A program made the position numbers and the translations under genes. From Hypanus sabinus (Eukaryota): a stretch of DNA of 64,000 nt. The notes beneath the pieces were generated by a model, which made no database searches, had not been told where the DNA came from, and worked only from the letters and a program-made list of their open reading frames with translations. The stretch is taken from NCBI RefSeq assembly GCF_030144855.1, contig NC_082730.1, forward strand, positions 13,764,001-13,828,000, given 5' to 3'. This document shows, one piece after another, positions 14,098 to 25,572 of the stretch. Each line of letters starts with the position of its first letter. The stretch's first letter is position 1.

Positions 14098-14418
14098 TGG
14101 TGCCATTGATTTCTGTCACATAACTGCAGATCTCTCTGTTGTTGAAGACTGTCACATTAACCATTCCACTGGATTTTGCTCCAAGCCGATTTGAGGCTCT
14201 GCAGTAATATTGATGGTGCTGCTGGTTGAATGATTGACAATGCAGAGCCAGTTCATTGGTGCCTGATACCTTTCGATACCCAGATGAGGTTTGTTCATGC
14301 CAGCTGTACTGAATGGGAAGGGATCCCTGGAGGGACTCACAGGAAACTGACACTGAGCCCCCGAGACGCGAGACCTTTGCTGGTGACAGATATCGAAGCA
14401 CAGGAACGGACACGGGTT
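14098..14418 (-). CDS. Ig C2-type exon (FCRL-like), copy 1, intact
   Basis: EPVSVPVL..SVSCESLQGSLPIQYSWHE..YYCRASNRLG. Acceptor ttcccacag, donor A|GTAAGT; 321 nt; phase 1-1. Confidence 0.88.
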
Positions 14419-14479
14419 CTGTGGGAAAGAATTAAACATTCCGACACTGAAAATACATCTGAAAATCAAACACTCTTCT

Positions 14480-15112
14480 GCCACTTTATTAGATACACCT
14501 GTTCACCTGCTCATTAATGCAAATATCCAATTAGTTAATCATGTGGCAGCAATACAGTCCATATAAGGAAGCAGACATAGGCAAGAGGTTCTGTCTTTGT
14601 TTAGATCAGACATGAGAATGAGGAAGAAAGGTGATCTAAGTGACTTTGAAGATGAAATAATTGTTGCAGCCAGATGGTGAAGTTAGATAATCTCAGAAAG
14701 TATTGATCTTCTGGGATTTTCACCCACAACGGTCTCTGGAGTTTACAGAGAATGGTGTAAACAACATTAAAAAATCCAGTGAGCAGCAATTCTGTGAACA
14801 AAAATACCTTGTTTATGAGAGAGATCAGAGGAGAAAGGCCAGGATGGTCCAAGCTGACAGAAACATAGAACATAAAATAGTACAGCTCATTACAGGCCCT
14901 TCGGCCCACAATGTTGTGCCGATGTTCAAACCCTGCCTCCCATATGGTGACAGGAATTCAAATAAACATGTGTTATGACAGTGGTGTGCAGAAGAGCATC
15001 TGAAAATACAACATATCGAACCTTGAAGTGGATGGGCCACAGAAGCAGAAGACCAGGAATATCCAATCATTGGCCACTTTATGAGGTACAGGACGTACCA
15101 AATAAAGCAGCC
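14480..15112 (+). mobile_element. Non-autonomous Tc1-like DNA transposon remnant
   Basis: Degenerate TIR GCCACTTTATTAGATAC / GTACCAAATAAAGCAGCC; Tc1 HTH-like remnant; small nested SINE-like insert ~14861-14945; shorter paralog at 47300-47640. Confidence 0.6.
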
Positions 15113-15179
15113 CCTGCTTGTTTTAAGACAGTAATGCGAGATAACTGTCACATGTGACAAAAATGACAAATATATCACA

Positions 15180-15835
15180 AATGGCCTGACTTGGTCTAAC
15201 CAAGCAGAGTCCACTGCCAAGAAGGCCCACCAGCGCCTTTACTTCCTGAGAAAGCTGAAGAAATTTGGCCTGTCCACTAAAACCCTGACTAATTTTTGTA
15301 GATGCACCGTCGAAAGCATTCTTCTAGGGTGCATCAAAGCCTGGTATGGAAGCTGTCCTGTCCAAGACCAGAAGAAGCTGCAGAAGATCGTGAACATAGC
15401 CCAGCACATCACACAAAGCAATCTTCCATCCTTGGACTCACTTTATAACGCACACTGTCTGAGCAGAGCTGCCAGGATAATCAAGGACATGACCCACCCA
15501 GCCAATACACCTTTTGTCCCTCTTCCCTCTGGGAGAAGGTTCAGGAGCTTGATGATTCGTACGACCAGATTTGGGAACAGCTTCTTTCCAACTGTGATAA
15601 GACTGCTGAACGGATCCTGACCCATATCTGGGCTCTACCTTCCACATATCTGTACCTGACTTACACTAACTTTCTTTCCCTTTTCTATTTTCTAATTATG
15701 ATTTATAATTTAAATTTTTTTTATATTTACTTTGACTTGTACTTCAGGGAGCACGAAGTGCAGAATCAAATATCGCTATGATGATTGTACACTCTAGTAT
15801 CAATTGTTTGGTGACAATAAAGTAAAGTAGTAGTA
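15180..15835 (+). mobile_element. Rex-Babar-type LINE 3' fragment
   Basis: KKAHQRLYFLRKLKKFGL..CTVESIL..HPAN.PF..LPSGRRFRSL; (GTA)n-like tail. Paralog is split by L1 at 48038-52177. Confidence 0.75.
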
Positions 15836-16199
15836 GTAGTGTTTGCTGTCTTTCAGAAGAAAATGATATTGTGACTGGGTTTAGTGATGGAAACATGTGG
15901 CATTGATGTTAATGCAGAGATAGTGAGGGATGGACAGGGTGGGGACAGAGATCATGAGACATTTACTTTACTTGTAGATGTAAATTAAATCTCCTATTAA
16001 AAACTGCTCATAATTCCACAGTAATGTGAGATATCTGTTTGGTGGCTTTCAGGAGATAATTAATTTGTGACTGGGTTCAATGACCTACCGTATAGAAGAG
16101 AACATTTGACACTGATATGAATGTGGAGATAGTGAGGGATGGACAGAGTCTGGACACTTACTTTATGAAAAGTACAAAGTCAATCCCTGAGAAACCTAC

Positions 16200-16526
16200 C
16201 ATCAGATACTTGTAGATGAACATTAAACATCGGATCGTTCCCTGGTGTTGTAATTCCACAGCTGTACCATCCTGTATCTCCGGAGTGAAGATCCACCATA
16301 GTAACAGTAAATTTTCTCTTGCTCAGGTTCTGTTTATCTGTGATTGACACTCGTCCACTCCGTCCGTGTTGCCCTTTTGTTTCCACTAAAACTGAACATT
16401 GACGAGTCCGTCCATGGCACCAGTACTTTGCCTGTGAGTGGTAATGTGTTTCATAGTGACAATCGATTGTGATCGCTCTTCCCACAACTCCTCTTACAGA
16501 TTCCTCTGCCCACAATGCATCTGAAA
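16200..16526 (-). CDS. Ig V-domain exon B1, CD300/pIgR-like (N-terminal domain, copy 1)
   Basis: VSDALWAEESVRGVVGRAITIDCHY..KYWC..QC..GRVSITD..FTVTM..DTGWYSCG; four Cys as in CD300/pIgR V domains. Tandem acceptors give starts at 16526 or 16520; donor G|GTAGGT. Confidence 0.93.
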
Positions 16527-17169
16527 CTGAGGAGATTTGAGGAGAAAAGAATAACACAAGGCAAACAAATATTTTTGAACATGGTGGAGGAAGATCAGAT
16601 TCCAGCAATGGTAGACCTGATGAATCCACTGAAGGGGATTTCTCCAGCTGGATGTATTCTTCCCTCAGCTGCATTTCTCCCCTTTTCTCCTGATCTGTTT
16701 CAACCTCTTACACACCTCCAAACTCCACTCTCTTTCTTCCCCATTCCATCTGGATGTTGTGCTTCACCTCTCCTCAGTCCCTAACCACCTAATGGACCCA
16801 GTCTCACACCTCTTCCACTCCTTTCTACTTTATCTCATTCTCCACTCACATGATGCAGGGTTTTGATCCAAACTATTGACATTTCCCCTCCCCTTGACAG
16901 ATGGTGTTTGACCTGTTCAATTCCTCCAGGAGTGTATTCCGAACTCCAGTTTCCGACATCTTTAGTGTCGACAGGTATTCAAGCACTGTTGTGGAAAGAG
17001 TGAACATTCCTCAAACCAACATTGATTATGCAAATGTCCAGTCCTGTCTGTCAATCACAGGGGAGGAAATCAATCAAAACAAGCAAAGTCAGCAGCATTT
17101 TATTCACAGAGACCCGGTCAGGACTTCTCCTCCAAAGACGACCAGGCCGCAACTATGGAACAGATTACA

Positions 17170-18125
17170 ATGGATGTTTTGGGCTGAGATCTTTCATCAG
17201 GAGTGAAGAAAAAAGATGAGGAATCAAAGATAAAAGTTGGGGTTAGGGCTGGAAGACACACAAGATGATAGGTGTAACTGGGGGGAGGGAGAGTGTGTGA
17301 AATAAAGAGCTGGGAAGTTGTTTGATGAAACCTATACAGGGCTGGAGAAGGGGGAATGTAACAGGACTTGTCTATTGACATGATAGAAGGCCATGGAAGA
17401 AAGAAGAGGGGGAAGAGCACCAGAGGGAGGTGATAGGTAGGTAAGGAGATAAGGTGAGAAGGGAAAGGGGAATTGGGAATGATGAAAGGGGGCAGGGAAA
17501 TACAGGAAGGTAGAGAAATCGATGTTCATGCCATCAGGTTGGAGGCCACACAGATGGATTATAAAGTGTTGTTCCTCTTATCTAAGTGTAGCCTAATTAT
17601 GACAATGGAGGACGCCATGGCTTAACATGTCAGAATGGGAGTGGGAAGTGGAAGTAAAATGGATGGGAACAGGGAGATCCCACTTTTTCTGGCAGATGGA
17701 GTATAGGTGCTCAGTGAGGCGGTCTCCCAATCTACGTCAGGTCACACCAATATACAGGAGGCTGCACCGGGAGCACCGGATTCACAGGTAAAGTGTTGCC
17801 TCACCTGGAAGGACTGTCTGGGGTCCTGAATGGTAGTGAAGGATGAACTGCAGGGGCAGATGAGGCATTTGTTCTTCTTGCAAGAATAAGTGCCAGGAGG
17901 GAAATCAGTGGAGAGGGATGGATGGACATGGGAGTTGCATAGGGAGTGATTGTTGTGGAAAGCAGAAAGTGGGAGAGAGGGAAAGATGTGCTTGGTGGTG
18001 AGACCCCATTGGAGATGGTGGATGTTACAGAGAATTATGTGCTGGACACGGAAGCTGGTGGTTGGTAAACCTTGAGTCTCTGCGTCCAGCACATAATTCT
18101 TTGTAACTTCTGCCATCTCCAATGG
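17170..18125 (-). mobile_element. Penelope-like element fragment (GIY-YIG region)
   Basis: PPGTYSC..KCLICP..FTTIQ.P.QSFQVRQHFTCES; degenerate hammerhead-like CTGATGA..(G>A)AAA at 17177-17200. Confidence 0.75.
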
Positions 18126-19064
18126 GATCCCACCACTAGGCACATATTGCCCAACCCACTTTCTGACAAAGTCCTATAAATGCACAGTGGAGACTACTCT
18201 TATTGACAGCATCATGGCATGGTATGAAAACATCAATGCCTTGAACAGAAAAACCACAAAAGATAGTGTGTACAGCCCAATCCATAACTGGTAAACCCCT
18301 CTTCATTGCTGAGCACGTTGCTAAACTAAAAACAGCATCCATCATCCAGGCCTTGCTCTCTTCTTCCTGTGGCCATCAGGAAGCAGGTACAGGAGCCTCA
18401 TATCCCACACCACCAGGTTCAGGACCAGATATTACCCCTTAACCATCGGGCTTCTGAACCAGAGTGGATAATTTCACTGATCACTAAACTGATTTCACAA
18501 CCTATGGACTCACTTTTAAGGATTCTACAGCTCTAGTTCTCAAATATTACTTAGTAACTATTTACTTATTATTATTATTATTATTTTGCTTTTCTTTTGT
18601 TATTTGCACAATTGTTTGTCCTTTACACATTTGTTGTTTGTCTGTCTTTGTTCATGGGTAGTTTTTCATTGATTCTATTGTGTTACTTTGTATTTACTGT
18701 GATTGACCAAAAGTAAATGAATGTAAGGATAGTATGTGGTGACAATTGCAATGTGTACTTTAATAATAAATTTAAGTTTCGTTTCTGAGAATGATGCAAT
18801 AATTTGATCAACATAACACAAAAAAATGATTGAAATTGGGTACATTTCTAGTCAATTTTCAAAGGTCTTAAATATGAGTGAACACTGGAATTAAAAGTTG
18901 TGTAATGGACAAAATGAGTGTTTGCAGCTTGATGCAGTTTGCAATGGTCAGTGGGGTGTGAATCTGCAAATAGAAACTGCTACTTTTTCCAGAGTTGACA
19001 TGTAACTGGAACCCAAGGTGTACAATCAGCCTCGGAGCTTCTACATGAAGGGAGCTACAGTAAC

Positions 19065-19512
19065 TCTGCTATCTCCTCCAGCTCCATACACATTTCCACT
19101 GTCACACTTGATCGGTCCTATTCTCTCATGTCCTATCCTCTTGCTCTTCACATACTTGTAAAATGCCTTGGGGTTTTCCTTAATCCTGCTTGCCAAGGCC
19201 TTCTCTTGGCCCCTTCTGGCTCTCCTAATTTCATCCTTAAGTTCCTTCCGGCTAGTCTTGTAACTTTCTAGATCTCTATCATTACCTAATATTTTGAACC
19301 TTTCACAAGTTTTTTCTTTTCTTCATGATTAGATTTTCAACAGCCTTTGTGCACCGCAGTTCCTGTACCCTCCTATCTTTTCCCTGTCTCATTGCAACAT
19401 AGAATGTGCAACGTCAAACAAATATCCCCTGAGTATTTGGCACAGTTCTTCTGTACATTTCCTAAGAACATCTGTTCCCTATTTATGCTTCCAAGTTCCT
19501 GCCTGATAGCTT
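19065..19512 (-). mobile_element. CR1 fragment truncated at the Gypsy LTR
   Basis: Matches 55163-55614, where the CR1 continues to ~56790; here it stops abruptly at the LTR. Confidence 0.8.
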
Positions 19513-21252
19513 TGTAACACTTACCCAACAGGCTGGTATATGTCTATGGGAAAAGGAGATCCAGCCACACACCAATCCCACCGCCTGTACACGCAGGTGC
19601 TGTGAGAATCGAGTTTATGCCTCGCGCCCGCCCACAGTATCAAACCCACAACGAATACCGTTATGAAATACACTTTAAAGAGTTTACTAAAATTAAAAGA
19701 GTATTAGGCAATACAATATATCTATATGCAAAGTAAACAAACAAAAAGGCACCAACTTATCTAAGTTCAGTCAGTTTAGTGCACATCGTTGGAGCTCAAA
19801 CATCGAACCATTCGATCCATCGTCGCTTGCTTCCGACCTCCACGTCTTCGCACCTCGGACCACGCCCGGTGGTCTTCCGAGCAGTGCAGCGCACGTCCAC
19901 CTTCCTCGACGTCTTCCTCCAGCTCTCCCCCAAAAAGCCCGTGAAAACCCCTGCCCCAAGTTCCCAGCCTCACAAGACAAAATAACATTCCCCATTGGTT
20001 AACAAATGAATACAATTACCATATCAACAAGTATAAAGCAAAACAACTGCGAGAGAAACACTTATCAAAGAAGCATTCCTACTCTTAACAAACCAAAAAA
20101 CCCATTTTGAGTAACATACACAAAACATTGTACATTCTCTCCCCACCAGCAAATGTCATTCCCTCATGGCATTACCAGAGTTCCCCAATGCTTCTTGCAA
20201 CACACAAAACCCAACCCAGGTGCAGAAAACAGTGACATAACTACCCAGAGCAATAGAAATCACACTCGGTTCTCCAGGCACCACATATGTCAACCGCTCC
20301 GGGGGCGCCTAATCCTCTGAGATCTCCATACTCCTTCTGCCCCACTGGGCTCCCCAGGTCTACCTGACAGACCCTCATCCCCTTCTTCACGGGGGTCCTC
20401 CCTCACCTGAAATCTCTCCGGCTCACACTCAGGTTCCACCCTCTCTCCCCCCAATGTTGGCTGCCTCTCCATCTGACCCTCAATTCCCTCCTCTCACCCA
20501 ACTCAGTATGGGCCAGGAGCCTCCTCTTCTGGTACTGGAGCGCCAGTGAATGGGAACAGGGCCCACTCATCTGGGTCGTCCTCTTCCGAATCGGTAGCCA
20601 TTCCTGGGTGAGAGACCTGTCCCCACTCTTCAGCAGCGGGTCTTCCCTTTCTCCGCGCCCTCGCAGAGTCCTCGTACTAGGCGTAACCTCCCTCTCGGGC
20701 TCCTTATCCACCTGCACCGCTTGACCCAAGGGCAGCAGGTGATTCCGATGGAGTACCTTGATAAGCCCTTTCCCATCCTCAGGTTTCACCCGGTTCGGCA
20801 TCTGGCTCTCTATTACATAGGGGCTGGCCGCCCATCAATCGGCCAGCTTGTGCTTACCAGGGAGTCCCAAATTCCGTAAAAGGACCCGGTCGCCCGACAA
20901 ACTTCACCTTTCAATCATACCGCATGTTATTTCTCTGGTTTTGTTTGGTAGCCGCCGCCTCGGCCAACTCGTACGCCCGCTGTAACTCCCTCTTCATGTC
21001 GGATACATACTTTAGATAGGACTTCCCGGGTAATTCACCCACTTCACCCCCAAAACACAAGTCAATTGGCAACCTCGCTTCCCGCCCGAACATCAGATAA
21101 TAGGGCGAGTACCCTGTAGCATCATTGAGAGTACAATTGTAACAGTGAACCAATTGTCCAATATGATGACTCCATCTACTTTTCTGCCCAATCTCCAGCA
21201 TCCCGAGCATATCCAACAGGGTCCTGTTGAACCTCTCTGGCTGAGGATCTCC

Positions 21253-22473
21253 CTATGGGTGATAAGAGGTAGTCCTGGATTTCTCAACCCCAAGCATAGT
21301 CAGTAATTCATGGATAAGGCAGCTCTCAAAGTCCCGCCCCTGATCACTATGGATTCGCCTGGTAAGGCCGTAATGAACAAAATACTTTTCCCATAACACC
21401 TTCGCCACTGTCGTCGCCTTCTGATCCTTAGTGGGAAATGCCTGAGCATAGCGAGTGTAATGATCAGTGATGACCAAGACATTCACGGTGTTGTTGGTGT
21501 CAGGCTCAATCGACAGGAAATCCATACATACCAAGTCCAGAGGTCCCACACTCCACAAGTGCAACAGTGGAGCCACCGACGCTGGCAGGGTCTTCCTCCG
21601 GATGCAACGACTGCATCCCCTACAGTATTCTTCGACTTCCCCCCTCATCCGGGGCCAGTAGAACTGGTCTCTGAGTAATCCACAGGTCTTTTCCACCCCC
21701 AAGTGTCCAGAATTATCATGTAAGGCCTGGAGTACAGCCTGTTGATACTCCTGCGGCAGGACCAGTTGCCAACCGTGGGGTTGGTCCGGAGACGGCGTTA
21801 CCCGGTACAAGATTTGGTTCTTTAACTTTAACCGAGACCACTCCTTCAATAACAGAGGCACGAATGGGTGTTTCGCTTTCTCAGCCAACGCCACATCCCC
21901 CTTCTCGACCGCTCTCCACACTGTGCAAATGCCTGGGTCATTTTGCTGAGCAGCTGCCACTTCCCCCGGACTCAGTTCCAGCAACTGTTTAGTCCGCAGT
22001 GCGGTCAGGTCACAGTAAGCTAGGGGTATGGAGTCGTCAAAAACCCCCAAGTGGTCCACGGCTCTTTCCATCCTCCCTCTTCCCTCAGCCTTCACAGTGA
22101 TAGCAAACTGACACATCGCCTTCACTCCAGGGGCAGGGACACTCTCCCACTCATTGTCCTTCTCCTGTTCCCCCGGCTCCCGACGTGACAAAGCATCCGC
22201 ATCGACATTCTTGCTTCCGGGGCGGTACCTCAGGCTGAAATCATATACAGACAAGGCCACCAGCCACCGATGTCCTGTGGCATCCAGCTTCACCAAAGTC
22301 AAAATATAAGTGAGGGAATTGTTATCCGTTCTCACCTCAAACTTGGCTGGGTACAGGTAATCACCCAGCTTGTCCACCACCGCCCACTTCAGCGCCAGGA
22401 ACTCCAACTTGTGAGTGGGATAGTTTCTCTCAGATGGCGACGAGCTTCGGCTGACAAGGGCTACCGGCCTCAA
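21253..22473 (-). CDS. Gypsy RNase H - integrase reading frame
   Basis: NYPTHKLEFLALKWAV, VRTDNNSL, HDNSGHLG..C..C zinc finger, DFL..TDHYTRY..HSDQGRDFES; frameshifts at both ends. Confidence 0.9.
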   Translation of the reverse strand: MRPVALVSRSSSPSERNYPTHKLEFLALKWAVVDKLGDYLYPAKFEVRTDNNSLTYILTLVKLDATGHRWLVALSVYDFSLRYRPGSKNVDADALSRREPGEQEKDNEWESVPAPGVKAMCQFAITVKAEGRGRMERAVDHLGVFDDSIPLAYCDLTALRTKQLLELSPGEVAAAQQNDPGICTVWRAVEKGDVALAEKAKHPFVPLLLKEWSRLKLKNQILYRVTPSPDQPHGWQLVLPQEYQQAVLQALHDNSGHLGVEKTCGLLRDQFYWPRMRGEVEEYCRGCSRCIRRKTLPASVAPLLHLWSVGPLDLVCMDFLSIEPDTNNTVNVLVITDHYTRYAQAFPTKDQKATTVAKVLWEKYFVHYGLTRRIHSDQGRDFESCLIHELLTMLGVEKSRTTSYHP

Positions 22474-22620
22474 TGCTTTGCCATGCTCCTGGTACAGAAC
22501 AGCCCCTAGACCCTCTCGGCATCCGTGTGCAGCACATAGGGCTTCTGGGGATAGGCAAAAGCCAACACCGGGGCCTGGGTCAGTGCCCTTTTCAAAGATC
22601 GGAACGCCTCTTCACATCGA

Positions 22621-25572
22621 TCATCCCATCTCGAGCCAAAAGGTTCCGCCGGGTTCCAGTATCCTCCGGTATCCTGTCTCTGGTCCCCCGTCCTCTTCTT
22701 TCCCACCGGGGGATAGCCACACAACAGCTGAGTCAACGGATGACACACTTTTGCGTATCCCTTCACAAAATCGGCGGTAATACCCACAGAACCCCAAAAA
22801 TGAGCACAGAGCACCCACTTTCTGGGGTCTCGGCCAGGTGGTCACGGCCTCTATCTCGGTTGGATCAGTAGCCACTCCCTCTTGCGAAATGATATGGCCA
22901 ACGCAGCTAACCGATGACCTGCAGAACTGGCATTTGTCTAGGGAAAGCTTCAACCCTTCTTCATTAAGCCGGCCCAACACCTTCAACAGCCTCTCCTCAT
23001 GTTCCTCCAAAGTCAATCCGAAAACTATCAAATCGTCCAGGTACACCAGCACCTCTAACAGATTAATATCCCCCACAGTTCTCTCCATGAGCCTCTGGAA
23101 AGTGGCTGGGGCTCCCGATATGCCTTGGGGCATTTGTTCGAACTGAAAGAACCCCAGCGGGCAGATAAAAGCGGTCTTCTCTTTATCGGCCGCACTCATC
23201 GGGATCTGGTAATACCCACTTCTTAAATCCAGCACACTGAACCACTTCGCATCACTCAGGCAGGCCAACGCATCCTCGACTCTTGGGACAGTATATTGAT
23301 CAGGGACAGTTTGCCGATTCAAAGTCCTGTAGTCAACACACATGCGCATCCTCCCATTCTTCTTCCGTGCCACCACTATTGGGGACGCATAAGGACTTCG
23401 GGACTCAGCTACGATTCCGGCCTCCTTCAACTTGCACAAGTGCTGCCGCACATCCTCAACATCTGCCGCAGCCAGCCGCCGGGATCTCTCTCGGAACGGG
23501 GTGTCCTCCGTCACCCGGATGGTGTGGCGAGTGCTTTTGGAGCAGCCAGCATCAAACTCGCCCCGAGAAAAAACAGCTTCCATCTTCAGCATCTTCTCCA
23601 CTAGCCTGCATTTCCACTCCGGCGACACTGGGGAATCCCCGAAGTTAAAGGCTTCAGCGGTCAGCTCCCTTCGATGCTCCGATCCCTCCCCGTTAGGGGT
23701 CCGCACTGGTGCGCTGGACATTACCGTCACCGGGAACAGATGTGCCAGCGGCATTCCCCTCTTAAAGGTGATTTCTCTTGCCGTGGTGTACCTGACACTT
23801 ATAGCTATACGCCTCGCATGTACCACCCCTGGTCTCTGCACTTCGGGCCTCACCAGTGCCCCCGCCGGAAATCGTGTTTCCCCTTCAAGATCATCCGGGG
23901 CGTCTACTAACAGGGCTTCACCCGTCGGCACTCCTGGGAATCTGGGGGTCCCCATCACTAGGGCTACCTCCCCGGGTCGGATCACCTTGGGCCTCGCCTG
24001 CGTACACCACACCGTCCCTCGTTTACACTCCGGGTCCAGCCCTTGGGAGGCAACCCCTTCTTCGAACACCGCTCGAAACACTGGATGCACCGAGAGGGTC
24101 TCCAGAAAGTCTTCCCCCACTTTCTCCTTACAAGCTCCCAGGAGCCGTCGCACAACGGGGGAGTTAGTGCCCACCAGGAGGGCAGCACCACCGGTTTCCA
24201 CCAGGTCAGGACACACCGACACCAACGTCTCAATAGCTTCAGACACTCCCACATCGCCCTCCGAGAACTCCAATCTCACCGATAGGTACCCATCGTACGG
24301 GTAGTCACCCTCGCTCACACCCCAAATCTGCAGGGCGTCAAATGGGGTTACGGCCAAATGCTTTAGATATTGATTGTAGAAAGACCGGTACAATAAGGTC
24401 ACCTGCAATCCCATATCAAGAACGGCTTTTGCGTAAACTCCCTCTATCCGTAGACCCACACTGGCATGGGGTCCTACCAGCCCATCCGGAATAGAGGCGT
24501 GAGCACCCGGTGGTCTTCCGGCTGATCTCTGGGAACGTGTTCCTCCAGAGGCTCCAGTCCGTTCCCTCACTGAGCCTCTCCTAAGTTTCCCCGACATCTC
24601 TCCCTTCTTAGTCGCAGGGGGGCTTGTCCTCTGCGGGACTCCTTGTCTCTCACAATCCCACCTAAAGTGTCCCTCCTCTCCACAGCTATAGCACACCCTC
24701 GGCCGCCCACAGTCCCGCCTGAAATGCCCCTCTTTCCCACAGTTAAAGCACACGCTGCCTGCCGCCCCTCCTCTCCCAGGACGGCTCCCGCTCCCAACCC
24801 ACTGCACTGGTCGCCCCCGGGAGTGGGTACCTCCCCTGTCCCTCCCCTCCAGAGGGGGTTCCCTACTCCCCGGGGGATTATCAATCCTCCACCCAGCCAC
24901 CACTTCCTGTATCGCTGAGGATCGCTCCCGTAGGCCCGCGCCCCTTTTCCGCCCCAACGCTCTCTCTTCCTCTCGCACCTCTCTAATCAGTTGCCCGAAC
25001 GATGGAGGGGGGCCTTTCCTATAAGCCTGCCGGATAGTCCACGCCACCTTGTCCTCCTCCAGAGAGCCACTGAATATCTGACTCATCCTCACGCTAGCCA
25101 CGTCAGGCGCCTTCACTACCCCCCGGCGCTGCAATCCCGTAAGCATCCCCTCCATCCGAAATATGTACTCGGGGAGCTTTTCCCGGCTCCGTTGTTCCAG
25201 GCGTTGGAACTCTGCTAAAAGCAGCCAGGGTTCCCCTGACAACCCAAACGCTCCCTCCAAAACTTCTATGCATTCCTCCATTGAGGCCCCAGGCTTCTCA
25301 GCTTTCAACTCCCGGACGATTTTGGCTGCTAAACCCCTCAAACTTCCCACCAATCGCTGCCTCTTCTCCTCCTCCGAGCCTGGCCACTCCTCTAACATCA
25401 AAGACGTATGCTCGATCCAGGTCTCATAGTCCACCTCCCCGTCCGGAGTAGGCTTGGCTCCGGAGAACACCCCCAGCTTCAGCCGTGGCCTCTCGGCCAC
25501 TCCCACCAGGGAATTAAGTGCGGCTGCCAGCTCTGATGCTTCCACCCTACCTGGGGAGCGGGGCTTAGTCAC
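22621..25572 (-). CDS. Gypsy gag-pol (PNMA capsid, two CCHC knuckles, protease, RT), 983 aa open frame
   Basis: LGVFSG..YETW..LVGSLRG; CFNCGKEGHFRRDC and CYSCGEEGHFRWDC; LDMG (protease LDTG variant); LDLRSGYYQ, YLDD. The PNMA N-terminus continues in ORF 25565-26008 via a frameshift. Confidence 0.93.
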   Translation of the reverse strand: MTKPRSPGRVEASELAAALNSLVGVAERPRLKLGVFSGAKPTPDGEVDYETWIEHTSLMLEEWPGSEEEKRQRLVGSLRGLAAKIVRELKAEKPGASMEECIEVLEGAFGLSGEPWLLLAEFQRLEQRSREKLPEYIFRMEGMLTGLQRRGVVKAPDVASVRMSQIFSGSLEEDKVAWTIRQAYRKGPPPSFGQLIREVREEERALGRKRGAGLRERSSAIQEVVAGWRIDNPPGSREPPLEGRDRGGTHSRGRPVQWVGSGSRPGRGGAAGSVCFNCGKEGHFRRDCGRPRVCYSCGEEGHFRWDCERQGVPQRTSPPATKKGEMSGKLRRGSVRERTGASGGTRSQRSAGRPPGAHASIPDGLVGPHASVGLRIEGVYAKAVLDMGLQVTLLYRSFYNQYLKHLAVTPFDALQIWGVSEGDYPYDGYLSVRLEFSEGDVGVSEAIETLVSVCPDLVETGGAALLVGTNSPVVRRLLGACKEKVGEDFLETLSVHPVFRAVFEEGVASQGLDPECKRGTVWCTQARPKVIRPGEVALVMGTPRFPGVPTGEALLVDAPDDLEGETRFPAGALVRPEVQRPGVVHARRIAISVRYTTAREITFKRGMPLAHLFPVTVMSSAPVRTPNGEGSEHRRELTAEAFNFGDSPVSPEWKCRLVEKMLKMEAVFSRGEFDAGCSKSTRHTIRVTEDTPFRERSRRLAAADVEDVRQHLCKLKEAGIVAESRSPYASPIVVARKKNGRMRMCVDYRTLNRQTVPDQYTVPRVEDALACLSDAKWFSVLDLRSGYYQIPMSAADKEKTAFICPLGFFQFEQMPQGISGAPATFQRLMERTVGDINLLEVLVYLDDLIVFGLTLEEHEERLLKVLGRLNEEGLKLSLDKCQFCRSSVSCVGHIISQEGVATDPTEIEAVTTWPRPQKVGALCSFLGFCGYYRRFCEGIRKSVSSVDSAVVWLSPGGKEEDGGPETGYRRILEPGGTFWLEMG

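Noticed and set aside
23432-24304. 290-aa plus-strand ORF and many smaller overlapping ORFs across 21-30 kb
   Set aside because: Antisense or shadow frames of the GC-rich Gypsy gag-pol; no independent motifs.
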